Origin: Longimicrobiales bacterium | GTDB lineage: Bacteria > Gemmatimonadota > Gemmatimonadetes > Longimicrobiales > Gaopeijiaceae | Length of the DNA: 64,000 bases | Direction of reading: 5' to 3' | NCBI GenBank assembly: GCA_965249725.1 | Contig: CBDFMQ010000002.1 | Location: 2,240,001 to 2,304,000, forward strand | Shown here: one piece after another, positions 10,598 through 21,240 of the stretch | How positions within the stretch are numbered: position 1 is the first letter of the stretch | Layout: each line of letters opens with the position of its first letter | Position numbers and translations under genes: made by a program | Notes under the pieces: model-generated | The model's input: the letters and a program-made list of their open reading frames with translations, nothing else | What the model was told of the DNA's origin: nothing | Databases searched by the model: none

Positions 10598-10602
10598 TAG
10601 AC

Positions 10603-11910
10603 ATGCTCTCGAGGCTGTTTTGGAATCAGACAATGCGAAACCGAGTCACGACAACCGCGCTCGCTCTGGCCGTTGCCTTCGGCACCGCGGTACAGCCGGT
10701 TCACGGCCAGGTCTCCCGCAACCCGACCGGAGTGAACGTGAACGCCCAGGGAGCCACCACCGTCTTCCTGACCTTCGGCAATCTCGACGGATATGTTCCC
10801 GACGAGGCCATCTGGTGCGGGGAGCTGATCTCGGCGGCGCCGGATATCGGGAATCGGTGCGACCCGACGACGATCTTCGGCAGCCTACCGCTTCGCTTCG
10901 ACCTCTCGACCACCAGTGGCGACGACGGGTTTACGGACATCATGTCGATCCCACCCTCGGTGGCCAGGCGCGCGTACCAGGCGGCTGTGGACGGCGCGTC
11001 GTCGGCGTTCTTCTACGTCCGCCGCTTCATCGATCCGACAGGGGCCGGGCCCGACCAGTACGTCACCGTGACGTGCCGCCTTTCAGGTGGCGGCGCACGC
11101 GTCCCGTTCTCGCTCCTCGACGTTCAGGTGGACTTCGCGAGCCAAGAGGAAGTGCTGGTGGTCGACGCGGAGGAGGAGCTCCCACCCCTTTCAGCCAAGA
11201 TCGTCTACAACGGGACCGGCCGTCTGGTCGGGCGCTGGGAAGTGGTGTTCCCCGGTGAAGATCCCCCCACGGCCAACGACCTCCTCACCGAGGCGACGCT
11301 GCCAGAGGAGCTTCGGGGGACCCAGAAGCTCCACACGGAGCTCTCAAGGTTCAACATCTTCCTGCCACCGGTAGGTGAGTACACTCTCGAGGGTCCGCCC
11401 ATCGAGTCGATTCCGAACGAGCTGGGGGGGTTCTACCAGATCCTCCTCCGTATAGAGGCGTCGGACGACAAGGAAGGCGACTCCGATCTGGCCTCCGCGG
11501 GAGCGGGTGACGGGCTGGTGCACAGCGGAGCGGTGGCCGGATTCCCCATGCCGATCCTCCGTTACTTCGTCGGGAACGCGCTGGCGATCACGCGCCCCGA
11601 CCCCGAGACAGGATTCGGGCTTCTCGAGCCCATGCTCAACACCCTCCTCGACCGGGATCTGGATCTGGAGTTCAGTTGGTTGGAGCACGTCACGGCGGTT
11701 CTCTATCGCCTCGAGGTGACCACGATGAGGGGCGCGGGGGTTTTGTCGGCCCTTACGGAGCGGGGGGCCACGAGCTACTCGGCACCGGGGTGGCTCGCCG
11801 ACCGGGCAGGAGACGGGGGCTTGCTCTGGAGGGTCGTGGCCCTGGATGGGACCGGGCAAGTGATCGGGCTCACGAGTTGGCGCGGCCATCGTTGGCAGGT
11901 GCCGAACTGA
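10603..11910 (+). CDS. Secreted hypothetical protein
   Basis: ATG 5 nt after the barrel stop; signal peptide ...AVQPVHG-Q; FN3-like WRVVALDG C-terminus. Confidence 0.75.
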   Translation: MLSRLFWNQTMRNRVTTTALALAVAFGTAVQPVHGQVSRNPTGVNVNAQGATTVFLTFGNLDGYVPDEAIWCGELISAAPDIGNRCDPTTIFGSLPLRFDLSTTSGDDGFTDIMSIPPSVARRAYQAAVDGASSAFFYVRRFIDPTGAGPDQYVTVTCRLSGGGARVPFSLLDVQVDFASQEEVLVVDAEEELPPLSAKIVYNGTGRLVGRWEVVFPGEDPPTANDLLTEATLPEELRGTQKLHTELSRFNIFLPPVGEYTLEGPPIESIPNELGGFYQILLRIEASDDKEGDSDLASAGAGDGLVHSGAVAGFPMPILRYFVGNALAITRPDPETGFGLLEPMLNTLLDRDLDLEFSWLEHVTAVLYRLEVTTMRGAGVLSALTERGATSYSAPGWLADRAGDGGLLWRVVALDGTGQVIGLTSWRGHRWQVPN

Positions 11911-12345
11911 CGTGGTGAGCAACCGCAGCACGCATAATCGAGGAGCAGTGCGCAGCACAGAATCCCACTCGTCGGTCGGGAGCGGCCACACACGCGAGGC
12001 GGGTTCTTCGTCGGCTTTGGGGGTGGCTGGCGCTCCGTCGGTTGCTCCCAACGTGATGAGCGAGCGGCATGCCAGAGTGGCTATCTCGCGCGATAAGGAA
12101 GGTCCAGTGGCTCATGTAATCTTCCATTGTCGGCAAGGTGATCCCCATGGGGGAGGCAGCGATCACTCCACCGCCACCCGCTCGACGTTCCCACGATGAA
12201 AACGGCTAGGATGGACGCCCCCTACGAGGGAGTTGAAGCATTTCCCGCTCATCGTCTTCTCGGGGCCACGGGAGGGAACGTGCTCTGCTTGGTACGGATA
12301 GGCGATCCAAACGCGGCAGCACGTCGGGAGGCAAGAGCAATCCCC

Positions 12346-13317
12346 TCAGCAGGCCACACGCCGCCTCCGCTGATCCGGCACCGCGAGGCGGCGTAGATAC
12401 CGGGCGACTTCTCGCATCCCGTCGACCCCCAGTCGAGCGCCCAGCGTCCGGTTGTAGTTCGTGGTACCGTTTACGTCATACGTGTAGCGATGTCCGTCGA
12501 CGTCCTCCACGAATTCGATCCCGGCGATCTCGATTCCCTCCTCGCTACACAGTTCGATGTACTTCCGAACCAGAGGATCATCTGCGGTAACCGGAGATGG
12601 GCTGAACAGGCCGCTCTCTCCCACCTCGATCCCATCTTGCTCTGAGGGCATAGGGTTGCAGGCATCCGAGGGGCACAGCTCGAAGCCTCCAGCCGTGGAA
12701 CTCCGCATGGCAAACAAGAACCGACCGGCGACAATCTCCACCCTCGTTATGAACGGCTCGGGGGCGCTGATGTACTGCTGGAGGATCATTCGAGCGCCGG
12801 GCCCGGCATCGAAGCCTTCGCCATCGAGGTGATCTTCGAGTTCACTCGCGTTCTGGAAGAGCTGAATGCCCAAGCCCTTCCCCCCTTGGTCGTGCTTGGT
12901 AATGAAGGGTCCGCCGAAAGTGCCTGCCGCCGCGAGGAGGTGATCCCTGCCCACAGCGAGCACCGTACGAGGCGTTCTGATCCCCTGCCGCCGCAGAGCG
13001 AGGTCCTGCCGTAGCTTGCTCATCTCGAGCTCGAAGGCACAGAGCCCGTTGACTACTCGACGTCCGTGCGACTCCAGCCAGTACAAGAGCTGACGGGCCA
13101 GGTCCACGGCGTGGATGTGGCCGCGCGTGTGTGAGGACGGGCTGATGCGATTGATCCAGATGCCGTCGGGCGGGGTCGAAGACGGGTCGATACTGCCCTC
13201 GTTGACATGAACGAGGCGGGTCCGAAAGCCCTCGCTCTCGAGTGCCTCTCGCAGAGGGGGAATCCAGGCGGGATTCTCGTACAGAACGTGGACCGTCGGT
13301 AGAAGGGAACTGACCAT
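12346..13317 (-). CDS. ATP-grasp ligase (RimK/glutathione synthetase-like)
   Basis: FITKHDQGGKGLGI, ILQQYI, AGIEF..., YDVNGTTNYN motifs. Confidence 0.85.
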   Translation of the reverse strand: MVSSLLPTVHVLYENPAWIPPLREALESEGFRTRLVHVNEGSIDPSSTPPDGIWINRISPSSHTRGHIHAVDLARQLLYWLESHGRRVVNGLCAFELEMSKLRQDLALRRQGIRTPRTVLAVGRDHLLAAAGTFGGPFITKHDQGGKGLGIQLFQNASELEDHLDGEGFDAGPGARMILQQYISAPEPFITRVEIVAGRFLFAMRSSTAGGFELCPSDACNPMPSEQDGIEVGESGLFSPSPVTADDPLVRKYIELCSEEGIEIAGIEFVEDVDGHRYTYDVNGTTNYNRTLGARLGVDGMREVARYLRRLAVPDQRRRRVAC

Positions 13318-13360
13318 GCTGTTCTCTCGGCTTGAAGGAAGGTCAGACCCGGCGGCGCCT

Positions 13361-13402
13361 AAACGACAACAAGCCACCCGGGTCGGCTGACCGGGGCGGC
13401 TC
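13361..13402 (-). terminator. Attenuator-like hairpin between leader peptide and ATP-grasp gene
   Basis: Minus strand GAGCCGCCCCGG-loop-CCCGGGTGGCTT followed by GTTGTCGTTT. Confidence 0.55.
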
Positions 13403-13433
13403 GGAAGCGGCTTCGAGTTTCGAACTCAGCGCA

Positions 13434-13532
13434 TCAACGCACCCAGGTCCACGCAGTACACGAACAACAACACATACAGGTGCATTGGGCTCGGCCAGCG
13501 TGGAGGGATTGGATGTCGATTGCGCGATTCAT
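13434..13532 (-). CDS. Cys-rich leader peptide MNRAIDIQSLHAGRAQCTCMCCCSCTAWTWVR
   Basis: 32-aa uORF with 6 Cys in 9 codons, followed by a hairpin. Confidence 0.65.
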   Translation of the reverse strand: MNRAIDIQSLHAGRAQCTCMCCCSCTAWTWVR

Positions 13533-13577
13533 GACGAAAACATGTACGAATCAGGGCTGGGGAGCAACGCTCAGCAT

Positions 13578-16076
13578 CTAGTCGTCGCGCAGCGCGGTCA
13601 CAGGATCCACGGCCATCGCCCGCCGGGCCGGCACATAGATAGCGACCAAGCTGACGGCCATCAGAATGGCCGGGATCCCCACAAACGTGACCGGGTCGGT
13701 CGCCGTGACACCGACCAGAAGGCTCGCCACCAACCGGGTCAGAACGAACGAGGCCGCGAGGCCTGCCGTGACGCCGAGCAGGGCAACGGCCATGCCCTGT
13801 TTCAGCACGAGCCTCACGACATCTCCCTCGCTCGCACCGAACGCGATGCGAACACCGATCTCCCGTGTGCGCTGACGTACCGAGTAGGAAATCACGCCGT
13901 AGAGGCCTAGGGACGCCAGGACGAGGGCCAGCACGGCGAACACGCCGATGAGCGTAAGAGTGAATCGCGTCTGCGCCATCGCATCATCCACGTAGTCGTC
14001 CATGAAGCGTACGTTCGCCACGGGCACGTCGGGGTCCATGGCGTTGATTTCCCTCCGGACGAGCGGAAGGATCTCCGTGGGATTTACGGATCCACGAAGC
14101 GTCACGGTCATTGGCAGGAATGGCTGAAACCGATAGGGGAAATAGACCGTCTCGCGTCCCTCGGCGGCTAGACTCTCCGCTCGCACGTTGCCGACCACAC
14201 CGACCACGCGCACCCTCGTCTGTTCCATGCCGAACACCTCGACGGAGAAACGGTCCAGGACGATCTGCTGGCCGATTGGATCCTCATCGGGCCAGAGACG
14301 GTTCGCGAGCTTCTGATCCACGACCGCCACTTCCAGAGCGTCCTGCTCGTTGTCGGCGACCAGCAGGGTTCGGCCAGCCAATAGCGGGATCTTCATGGCA
14401 TCGATATATCCCGGCATGACCGCTCGGTAGTCCGCCACGTTGCTGCTGTACTGCTCCGGGGTGACGTCGTCGCGACCATAGGGGCCTACCGAGTACTGGT
14501 CTCCGCCTGCCAATGGGAGCGGCGCGACACCACCCACCTCCTCCACCGCCGGTAGGCTCTCCAGCCTTAGCCTTAGCCGATTGACGAAATCCCCGCGCAC
14601 ATCGGGCATTGGATACTTGAACATCGGAATAGGGACCGAGAAGGTGACGACGTTCTCCGACTCGAATCCCGGTTCCACCCGCTGGAGCTCGGCGAAGCTG
14701 CGGAACATCAGCCCAGCCCCGATCAGCAACACCACCGAGATGCCCACCTCGGAAATCACCAGAGCCGTGCGAAGCTTGTTCCCGCGGATGCCGCCCGCCT
14801 CGCTGCCCCTCTCCTTGAGGGCATCAGCAAGGTTCGTACTGGCCGCGCGAAGAGCCGGTGCAGCGCCAAAGACGAGCGCCGAGAAGACCGTGGCCCCGGC
14901 GGTGAAAAGCAACACGGTTCCGTCGATCGTCACGCTCTCGATACGAGGCAGGTTTCCCGGCCGCATGGCCACCAGAACACGGATGCCCCACCACGCGAGG
15001 AGCAGGCCCAGCAGGGCCCCGGCCGTGGCGAGCACGCCACTCTCCGTCATCATCTGGCGAATGATCCTCCCGCGCCCGCCGCCCATCGCAGCACGCACGG
15101 CAATCTCGCGGCCCCGGGAGGCCGCACGCACCAGCAGGAGGTTCGCCACATTGCTGCACGCGATGAGCAACACGAAGCCCACGGCGCTCAGCAAGGCGAG
15201 CAGCACAGGCCGCGCGTGGTCCACCACGTCTCGATGCATCGAGTTCAACACGATCTGCATGTTCGCGTTGGCGTGCTCTTGATACTGTTCTCGCAACCTC
15301 AACGCCAGCGCGTCCATCTCCTCCTGCGCGCGCTCCAGGGTGACGCCCTTCTTCAGGCGCGTCACCACCGTGAGCCACTGGGTGTCGCGGGAAAAGTCCT
15401 CCGCCATGTTGCTGGGGATGACGCGCCACGTATCGATGTTCGTGGGCATGCCGGCATCCGCCGGCAGATAGATGCGGAAGTCGGGAGGAAGGACCCCAAC
15501 GACCACGGATCCAAGACCGTCCATCTGGATGGTTCTGCCAAGGACGCCCGGGTCGCTGCCGAAGCGTCTTTGCCAGAGCCCGTGGCTCAGGATGACGACC
15601 CCGGGCGGCGGGGTCGCGGTGGGATCCATGTAGTCCTCGAAGTTGACCGGGGCCTCATCCTTCACCTCGAAATCGCGGCCGAGCATCGGCGCCACCCCGA
15701 GGATCTGGAAGAGGTCGGGCGTCACCCATGCACTCATGACCTCTTCGGCAGGTCCCTCGCCCGTGAGGGAGCCGGCAAGCGCGATCGCACCCGCAAAGCC
15801 CACGAACGATGTCGTCTCCCTTCGGTAGTCATAGAAGTCGGGACCCGATACCAGAGCCCGTGGGACGTCGGTGGCGAGCAGGCGGTTCCAGACCAGCACC
15901 AGCTCCTCTGGCTGCGAATAAGGGAGCGGCCTGAAGAGCACGGCGTTGGCCACGCTGAAGATGGCCACGTTGGAGCCGATACCGAGCCCGAGAGTGAGCA
16001 AGATCGCCGCCGTGAATCCCGGTCGCTTATAGAAGGAGCGTAGTGCGTACCGAATGTCTTCGAGTAGCAGCGTCAT
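13578..16076 (-). CDS. ABC transporter permease (duplicated MacB/FtsX, ADOP-like)
   Basis: LLIACSNVANLLLVR, REIGVRIAFGA, VDPVTALR. Confidence 0.95.
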   Translation of the reverse strand: MTLLLEDIRYALRSFYKRPGFTAAILLTLGLGIGSNVAIFSVANAVLFRPLPYSQPEELVLVWNRLLATDVPRALVSGPDFYDYRRETTSFVGFAGAIALAGSLTGEGPAEEVMSAWVTPDLFQILGVAPMLGRDFEVKDEAPVNFEDYMDPTATPPPGVVILSHGLWQRRFGSDPGVLGRTIQMDGLGSVVVGVLPPDFRIYLPADAGMPTNIDTWRVIPSNMAEDFSRDTQWLTVVTRLKKGVTLERAQEEMDALALRLREQYQEHANANMQIVLNSMHRDVVDHARPVLLALLSAVGFVLLIACSNVANLLLVRAASRGREIAVRAAMGGGRGRIIRQMMTESGVLATAGALLGLLLAWWGIRVLVAMRPGNLPRIESVTIDGTVLLFTAGATVFSALVFGAAPALRAASTNLADALKERGSEAGGIRGNKLRTALVISEVGISVVLLIGAGLMFRSFAELQRVEPGFESENVVTFSVPIPMFKYPMPDVRGDFVNRLRLRLESLPAVEEVGGVAPLPLAGGDQYSVGPYGRDDVTPEQYSSNVADYRAVMPGYIDAMKIPLLAGRTLLVADNEQDALEVAVVDQKLANRLWPDEDPIGQQIVLDRFSVEVFGMEQTRVRVVGVVGNVRAESLAAEGRETVYFPYRFQPFLPMTVTLRGSVNPTEILPLVRREINAMDPDVPVANVRFMDDYVDDAMAQTRFTLTLIGVFAVLALVLASLGLYGVISYSVRQRTREIGVRIAFGASEGDVVRLVLKQGMAVALLGVTAGLAASFVLTRLVASLLVGVTATDPVTFVGIPAILMAVSLVAIYVPARRAMAVDPVTALRDD

Positions 16077-16204
16077 GACTTCCCATCCCCGGCCCTGGCG
16101 GGACCTTCAACGACAAAGGTGACAGCATCGGGAAGATGTACCGAACAAATCCCGAATCGACAATTGTACTGCGTGTGAACCCAAACCACAATATCATCCC
16201 CTGC

Positions 16205-16657
16205 ATGCTCCGACCCTCACACCCCTTCCCCAAGTACGCAGCCCTCGTCGTCGCCTCCGCCCTACTCCTGACGTCGTGCACCGAGGGGGACGGATCTGAC
16301 GATGAGGAGCTACCAGGATCTCGGGCGAGCGCTGCCAGCGGGCCCGTTGTCGGCCATGTGGATACGGTACGCGTGACCCTCGACGAGTATTCAATCGGAA
16401 TACCACAGGTGCTTCCCCCCGGGGAGACGGTGCTGCGACTGGAGAGTCAGGGCTTCGAGGAGCACAATCTCCTATTCGTACTGACCGACTCAGACTCCGT
16501 TGTGTGGCAGACCGAACGCCGACTGAGCCCGTACGAGAAGCGCACGGTGACCGTGGACTTGGTGCCTGGCGACTACACCGTGGTGTGTGACTTCTCCGGG
16601 CATGAGGGCCGCGGGATGTTCACGAAGCTGGTGGTGAAGCCCGACTCGCTTCCATAG
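16205..16657 (+). CDS. Cupredoxin-domain lipoprotein
   Basis: Lipobox LLTSC; EHNL and CDFSGHEGRGM copper ligands. Confidence 0.8.
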   Translation: MLRPSHPFPKYAALVVASALLLTSCTEGDGSDDEELPGSRASAASGPVVGHVDTVRVTLDEYSIGIPQVLPPGETVLRLESQGFEEHNLLFVLTDSDSVVWQTERRLSPYEKRTVTVDLVPGDYTVVCDFSGHEGRGMFTKLVVKPDSLP

Positions 16658-16730
16658 CATCCACCGTGGGTGGGTTTGGGGGGGGTGGGTGGCCTGTTTC
16701 GGCCGCGGGGCCAGCCCGGCGTGCGGACCT

Positions 16731-17774
16731 CTACCTTCGTACGAGCGTCGCGTCCCGTATGGCCTCCCGGACCTGGCTCGTCATTCCCGCCGCACCGATC
16801 GCCAGCCACAGGCCCTCGACGAGCTGCCCGTCGACCAGTCCCGCCGTGCGGGTGGACAGACCTTCGGCGGCCCGGAAAGCGTCCACCGCCTCCACCAGAT
16901 CGGCCGTATAGCTCTGCGCGGCGCCGTCCAGCGCGATTTCGTCCACCTCGGGCCGGTACTGGCCAATCGCATGGAGCATCACACGGAGTTGCCACACGTC
17001 GTTACCCGCGAATCGCCGGAGTTCTCGATAGCCCAAGGTCTGCGAGATGGAGTTCCACACCCTTCGGAGTTCGGCGACCGGCCTGGGGTGCTCACACACG
17101 TTGATGTCCGTCGTGACCTGGTCCGGTCGTCGCGAATTGCCGGGACGCGGATCCGCCACCACAACGGCCGCCGACTGCAGACGCCCGGATCGGCTGTCAC
17201 CACCCAGCGCCTGGCCGGCTGCCAAAGCCTCGATCAAGCGATCCGAAAGGTGTCGGCCTGAACCCTCGGTGGCCTCGAAGCTCCGAGCGACGACCTCGAC
17301 CACCTCCGGACCTACGAGGATGTTGCCTTGCGTCACGTAGTTCGGTCCGTCACGGTGTCCCGCCCAGTAGCTGGGACCCGTTCCGGTGTGTTGGGCTCGA
17401 GAGCCGTCCAGCGAGATGACTCCCACCTGCCGTCGGGCTGATCCTGTGTCGGCGGCCACCGCTCGGGCCAACGCGGCGTCGGCACTCATACCGTCCTCGA
17501 TCATGTCCAGGAGCTCGTTCCCGTACGCCACCCTCGTGCTGGCCTGAGTCGCCACGGCGCCGACACCGGCCCGCACCCAGGGGACTCCGTTCCCCACGCA
17601 CGGAACGCGGGTGGTGACCGCCACGCCAGACTCGCCCGTCTCAGGATCGATCGCGGCGATCGAGAACGTGGCGAAGTAGAGGTCGGGACCCCACTCGACC
17701 GGCTCCTGCGCGGCGGCAGAGCCTGCTGCAAGGAGTCCGAACAGCAGGATCGGGCAAGGCGAGCTACGGAACAT
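16731..17774 (-). CDS. DUF1028 Ntn-hydrolase-like protein with peptidoglycan-binding-like C-terminus
   Basis: TFSIAAIDPETGESGVAV, GVGAVATQA, GGDSRSGRLQSAA. Confidence 0.9.
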   Translation of the reverse strand: MFRSSPCPILLFGLLAAGSAAAQEPVEWGPDLYFATFSIAAIDPETGESGVAVTTRVPCVGNGVPWVRAGVGAVATQASTRVAYGNELLDMIEDGMSADAALARAVAADTGSARRQVGVISLDGSRAQHTGTGPSYWAGHRDGPNYVTQGNILVGPEVVEVVARSFEATEGSGRHLSDRLIEALAAGQALGGDSRSGRLQSAAVVVADPRPGNSRRPDQVTTDINVCEHPRPVAELRRVWNSISQTLGYRELRRFAGNDVWQLRVMLHAIGQYRPEVDEIALDGAAQSYTADLVEAVDAFRAAEGLSTRTAGLVDGQLVEGLWLAIGAAGMTSQVREAIRDATLVRR

Positions 17775-17975
17775 GGCATCCCCCTCAGTGGCTTCCGGCC
17801 GCCGATACGCAGAGACGACCGGCGTCGAGATCGTGGACAACTTCTCGGGACCGTGGGCGGAACGCCAGGGCCCCGCGGGCGTCCGACACGGGAGTGAGAA
17901 GACCGTTCAAAGCCCAGACGCAATGCGGGGTCCCACCTCCTGAGGAGGCAGGACCCTCTGAGTCGCTCCTCCCAG

Positions 17976-20654
17976 CTAGTCGACCTTGAGAACCTTGATC
18001 GGATCGACCCGCGTCGCTCGAATCGCGGGCACCATGCTCGCGGCCAGGGCTGCAGCTGCCATGACGCCGGCCGTCAGGAGGAACGTGACGGGGTCGGCGG
18101 CTCGAACACCGAACAACAGGCCCTCCATGAGTCGTGTCGCCGCCAGAGCCCCAATCGCCCCCAACACGATTCCTAAGATGGCTAGCCGCAGGCTCCAGCG
18201 CAGGACGAGGCCGTGGATCGAACTCCCGCCGGCCCCGAGAGCGATACGAATGCCCATTTCGCGGAGTCTGGTGCTAACGGTGTACGAGACCACCCCATAC
18301 AGCCCTACCACGGACAGCAGAAGCGCAACTACGGCGAAGCCGGTCAGGAGTGTGGTCGTGAAGCGATCCGTGGCGAGCGACTGCCCGACCCAGTCGTTCA
18401 TGGGCTGAAGCCGAGCCACGGCCATGGACGGGTCGATCGCCGCCACCTCACGCCGGACGGCACCCATGATCGAGGCGGGCTCGATCGCGGTTCGCACGAC
18501 GGTGAACATGCGGCCGGACGAGACCTGGTAGAACGGCACATACATGGCGTTCCGACTCTCGGCTCGGATCCCGAAGTTCTTAATGTCACCGACAACGCCC
18601 ACGATCTCCCGCCAGATGGGGTCCGCGGGGTTGCTCACGTTGATTCGCTTGCCTACCGCTTCTCCACCGTAGAAGTCGTCGGCCAGAGTCTGGTTGACGA
18701 TGACGATCTGTGGCTGATCGTCGGTATCGACGACGCTGAACTCACGCCCGGCCACGACCTCCAGACCCATGGCATCGAAATAGTCCGGCGTGATGCGTCG
18801 GAACCAGACGGCGTTCTCCTGCCCCGGCTCCGGTATGGGATCCCCCTCGACGTAAAACGTCACATCGCCGTCTTGTCCCGCCAGCGGCAGGTTCGTGATG
18901 GAGCCTACGGCCTCCACGCCCGGGATCGCTGCGAGCCGTTCCTCGAGGGGACGCATGAAGGTGTACCGCGACGCAGCGTCCGGATATCGGACCCCCGGCA
19001 TCTGGGTTTGCAGCGTCAGCACTCCGTCGGGCTCGAAGCCGAGGTCCACGTTCTGCAGATTCTGAAAGCTGCGGATGAGTAGACCGGCGCCCACCAGCAG
19101 AACTAGGGCAAGCGCGACCTGTCCCGTCACCAGGGAGTTCCTCATGCGACCCGACCGGAATCCAGACGCGCCCCTCCCTCCTTCGCGCAGCGTCGTGGCA
19201 GGATCAGCACGCGAAGCACGCAAGGCAGGAAATGCACCGAAGAACAGCCCCGCCAACGCCGTGGCCACTGCCGCAAACGCGAGGATTCTCCCATCGACCG
19301 CGACCTCGTCGATGCGAGGGGTCCCCGCCGGTGCCAGCCCGACGAGTGCGTCGGTGCCGACAAACGCGAGGCCGACGCCGATCACTCCGCCTAGAACCGC
19401 CATCAGGAGACTCTCGGTGAGGAGCTGGTTCAGGATGCGCCTGCGCCCAGCCCCGATGGCCACTCTCACCGCGAGTTCACTGCTTCGAGCGGCACCACGA
19501 GCCAGCAGCAGGTTGGCGACGTTCACGCAGGCGATCAGAAGCACGAGGCCGACCGCTCCCAACAGGACCCACAGCGCCGAGCTGGCCTGATGCACCAGAT
19601 CGAAACGCAGCGGATAGACGTTGTAGCCGACCCCGGTGTTCGCGTCGGGATACTCCTCCTCGAGCCGACTTCCGAGCTCGGTGGCTTGAGAGCGAGCGAG
19701 TTCCAGGGTCGCCGCTGATGCCAGACGTCCGACCGAGCGGAGGAACGCGGAACCACGCCCGCCCCCGTTGCTCCTGTCGAATTGCATCAAAGTCCAAACG
19801 TCGGTCCCGAGGAACGACGGTGGGCTGAAACTCGCAGGCATGACGCCGACGACCGTGAATGGGCGGCCGCCGAGCAGCACGTCCGACCCGACCACGGAGG
19901 GATCCCCTCCAAAGGCTCGCTTCCAGAATCCATCGCTCAGCAGTGCCACGGCCGGGCCATCCGGTTCATCCTCCTCCGGAAGGAAGCCTCGGCCCATGGC
20001 CGGAGCCACGGCAAACACCTCGGAGAACATCCCGTAGCTGAACATCGCGCCACTCAGCTGCTCGGCGTCGCCGGCGCCCGTCAGTGTGGGACCCCACCCC
20101 ATGAACGTCGACGCGGCGCCGACGGCGGTCACCTCGTCTCTGAAGTCAGCGAAGTTCGGCCATGACAGCCACTCGCGTCGCAGGTCGGGAAGGACTACGT
20201 CGCGTCGCGTGTAGTCCGCCCAGATCATCACGAGCTCATCAGGCTGCTCATACGCCAGGGGACGTAGCAAAATGCCGTCGACGACGCTGAAGATCGCCGT
20301 TGTGGAGCCGATACCCAACGCAATCGTGAGCATCGCGACTACACTGAACACCGGATTTCGGAGAAGTTGACGCGCCGCAAAGCCCACGTCTCTCCCGACG
20401 TTGTCGATCAGGTCACTCTTCCCCGCCGCTCTCGCCTTCTTCTTCATCATCTCCTCCACGTCTTCACGAACCTTCTCGATATCGCCGAACCGACGCTGCG
20501 CCGCCTCCCGTGCGTCCGGAGGTGGCATTCCTTCCGACTCGTACCGCTCGGAACGCATCTCCAGGTGGAACTGAAGCTCCTCATCGACCTCCTGGCGGAT
20601 GCCGTCCTTTTTGAACGGGAGTCGGAAGAAGCGGCGACGGGGGCGCTCGCTCAC
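17976..20654 (-). CDS. ABC transporter permease with prefix domain (ADOP-like)
   Basis: EVDEELQFHLEM prefix; LLIACVNVANLLLAR; GTG start overlaps PadR stop. Confidence 0.95.
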   Translation of the reverse strand: MSERPRRRFFRLPFKKDGIRQEVDEELQFHLEMRSERYESEGMPPPDAREAAQRRFGDIEKVREDVEEMMKKKARAAGKSDLIDNVGRDVGFAARQLLRNPVFSVVAMLTIALGIGSTTAIFSVVDGILLRPLAYEQPDELVMIWADYTRRDVVLPDLRREWLSWPNFADFRDEVTAVGAASTFMGWGPTLTGAGDAEQLSGAMFSYGMFSEVFAVAPAMGRGFLPEEDEPDGPAVALLSDGFWKRAFGGDPSVVGSDVLLGGRPFTVVGVMPASFSPPSFLGTDVWTLMQFDRSNGGGRGSAFLRSVGRLASAATLELARSQATELGSRLEEEYPDANTGVGYNVYPLRFDLVHQASSALWVLLGAVGLVLLIACVNVANLLLARGAARSSELAVRVAIGAGRRRILNQLLTESLLMAVLGGVIGVGLAFVGTDALVGLAPAGTPRIDEVAVDGRILAFAAVATALAGLFFGAFPALRASRADPATTLREGGRGASGFRSGRMRNSLVTGQVALALVLLVGAGLLIRSFQNLQNVDLGFEPDGVLTLQTQMPGVRYPDAASRYTFMRPLEERLAAIPGVEAVGSITNLPLAGQDGDVTFYVEGDPIPEPGQENAVWFRRITPDYFDAMGLEVVAGREFSVVDTDDQPQIVIVNQTLADDFYGGEAVGKRINVSNPADPIWREIVGVVGDIKNFGIRAESRNAMYVPFYQVSSGRMFTVVRTAIEPASIMGAVRREVAAIDPSMAVARLQPMNDWVGQSLATDRFTTTLLTGFAVVALLLSVVGLYGVVSYTVSTRLREMGIRIALGAGGSSIHGLVLRWSLRLAILGIVLGAIGALAATRLMEGLLFGVRAADPVTFLLTAGVMAAAALAASMVPAIRATRVDPIKVLKVD

Positions 20655-21010
20655 CGGGAGGGAGCCTCCATTGCCAGAGCCCTGCCCACGGCAGCCGTGA
20701 AGCGACTCCACGAATCGGCCTCGCGCTCGAGGTGCCGGGAGCCGTCACGGGTCCGCTCGTAGTACTTGGCCCGACGGTTGTTCTGGGACAGACCCCACTC
20801 CGACTCGATCCAGCCTTTCGCTTCGAGGCGGTGAAGAGCGGGATACAGAGTGCCCTCCTCCATGAGGAGCGTCTCGTCCGTGACGGTCTCGATCCACTCA
20901 CTGATCCCGTAACCGTGCTTCGGCTCCCAGGTCAGCGCTTTCAGGATGAGTAGGTCCAACGTTGCGCGTACCAGATTCGGGTTCTGTGTCATCTTCGGGC
21001 TCTCTGCCAT
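20651..21010 (-). CDS. PadR-family transcriptional regulator
   Basis: HGYGI, EEGTLYPALHRLE, NNRRAKYY. Confidence 0.95.
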   Translation of the reverse strand: MAESPKMTQNPNLVRATLDLLILKALTWEPKHGYGISEWIETVTDETLLMEEGTLYPALHRLEAKGWIESEWGLSQNNRRAKYYERTRDGSRHLEREADSWSRFTAAVGRALAMEAPSR

Positions 21011-21240
21011 CGGTCTCCCCTTGTGTGGCCAGGGAAGAAGGTAGGGCCCGACCCCTAGGGAGACAAGGGGGCTGCAGGCCCTCCCTCCCGAGCTCGCAGC
21101 GCGACCTCGGTTGCGTATCCCCCGACCGCGGAATAAGACAGAGGCTGTGATTCGTCCTGATGCCACGCCCTCCTCGTGGACCTCGTGATGCCGCCTCTAC
21201 AGGAAGCCGACGCGCCGGTCCTCAAATGGAACGCTTAGGG

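Noticed and set aside
9976..10602. N-terminal extension of the 644-aa ORF
   Set aside because: Overlaps the barrel gene in another frame; the signal peptide begins at 10603 or 10633
11912..12340. Short ORFs between the secreted cluster and the ATP-grasp gene
   Set aside because: No recognisable motifs or convincing start signals
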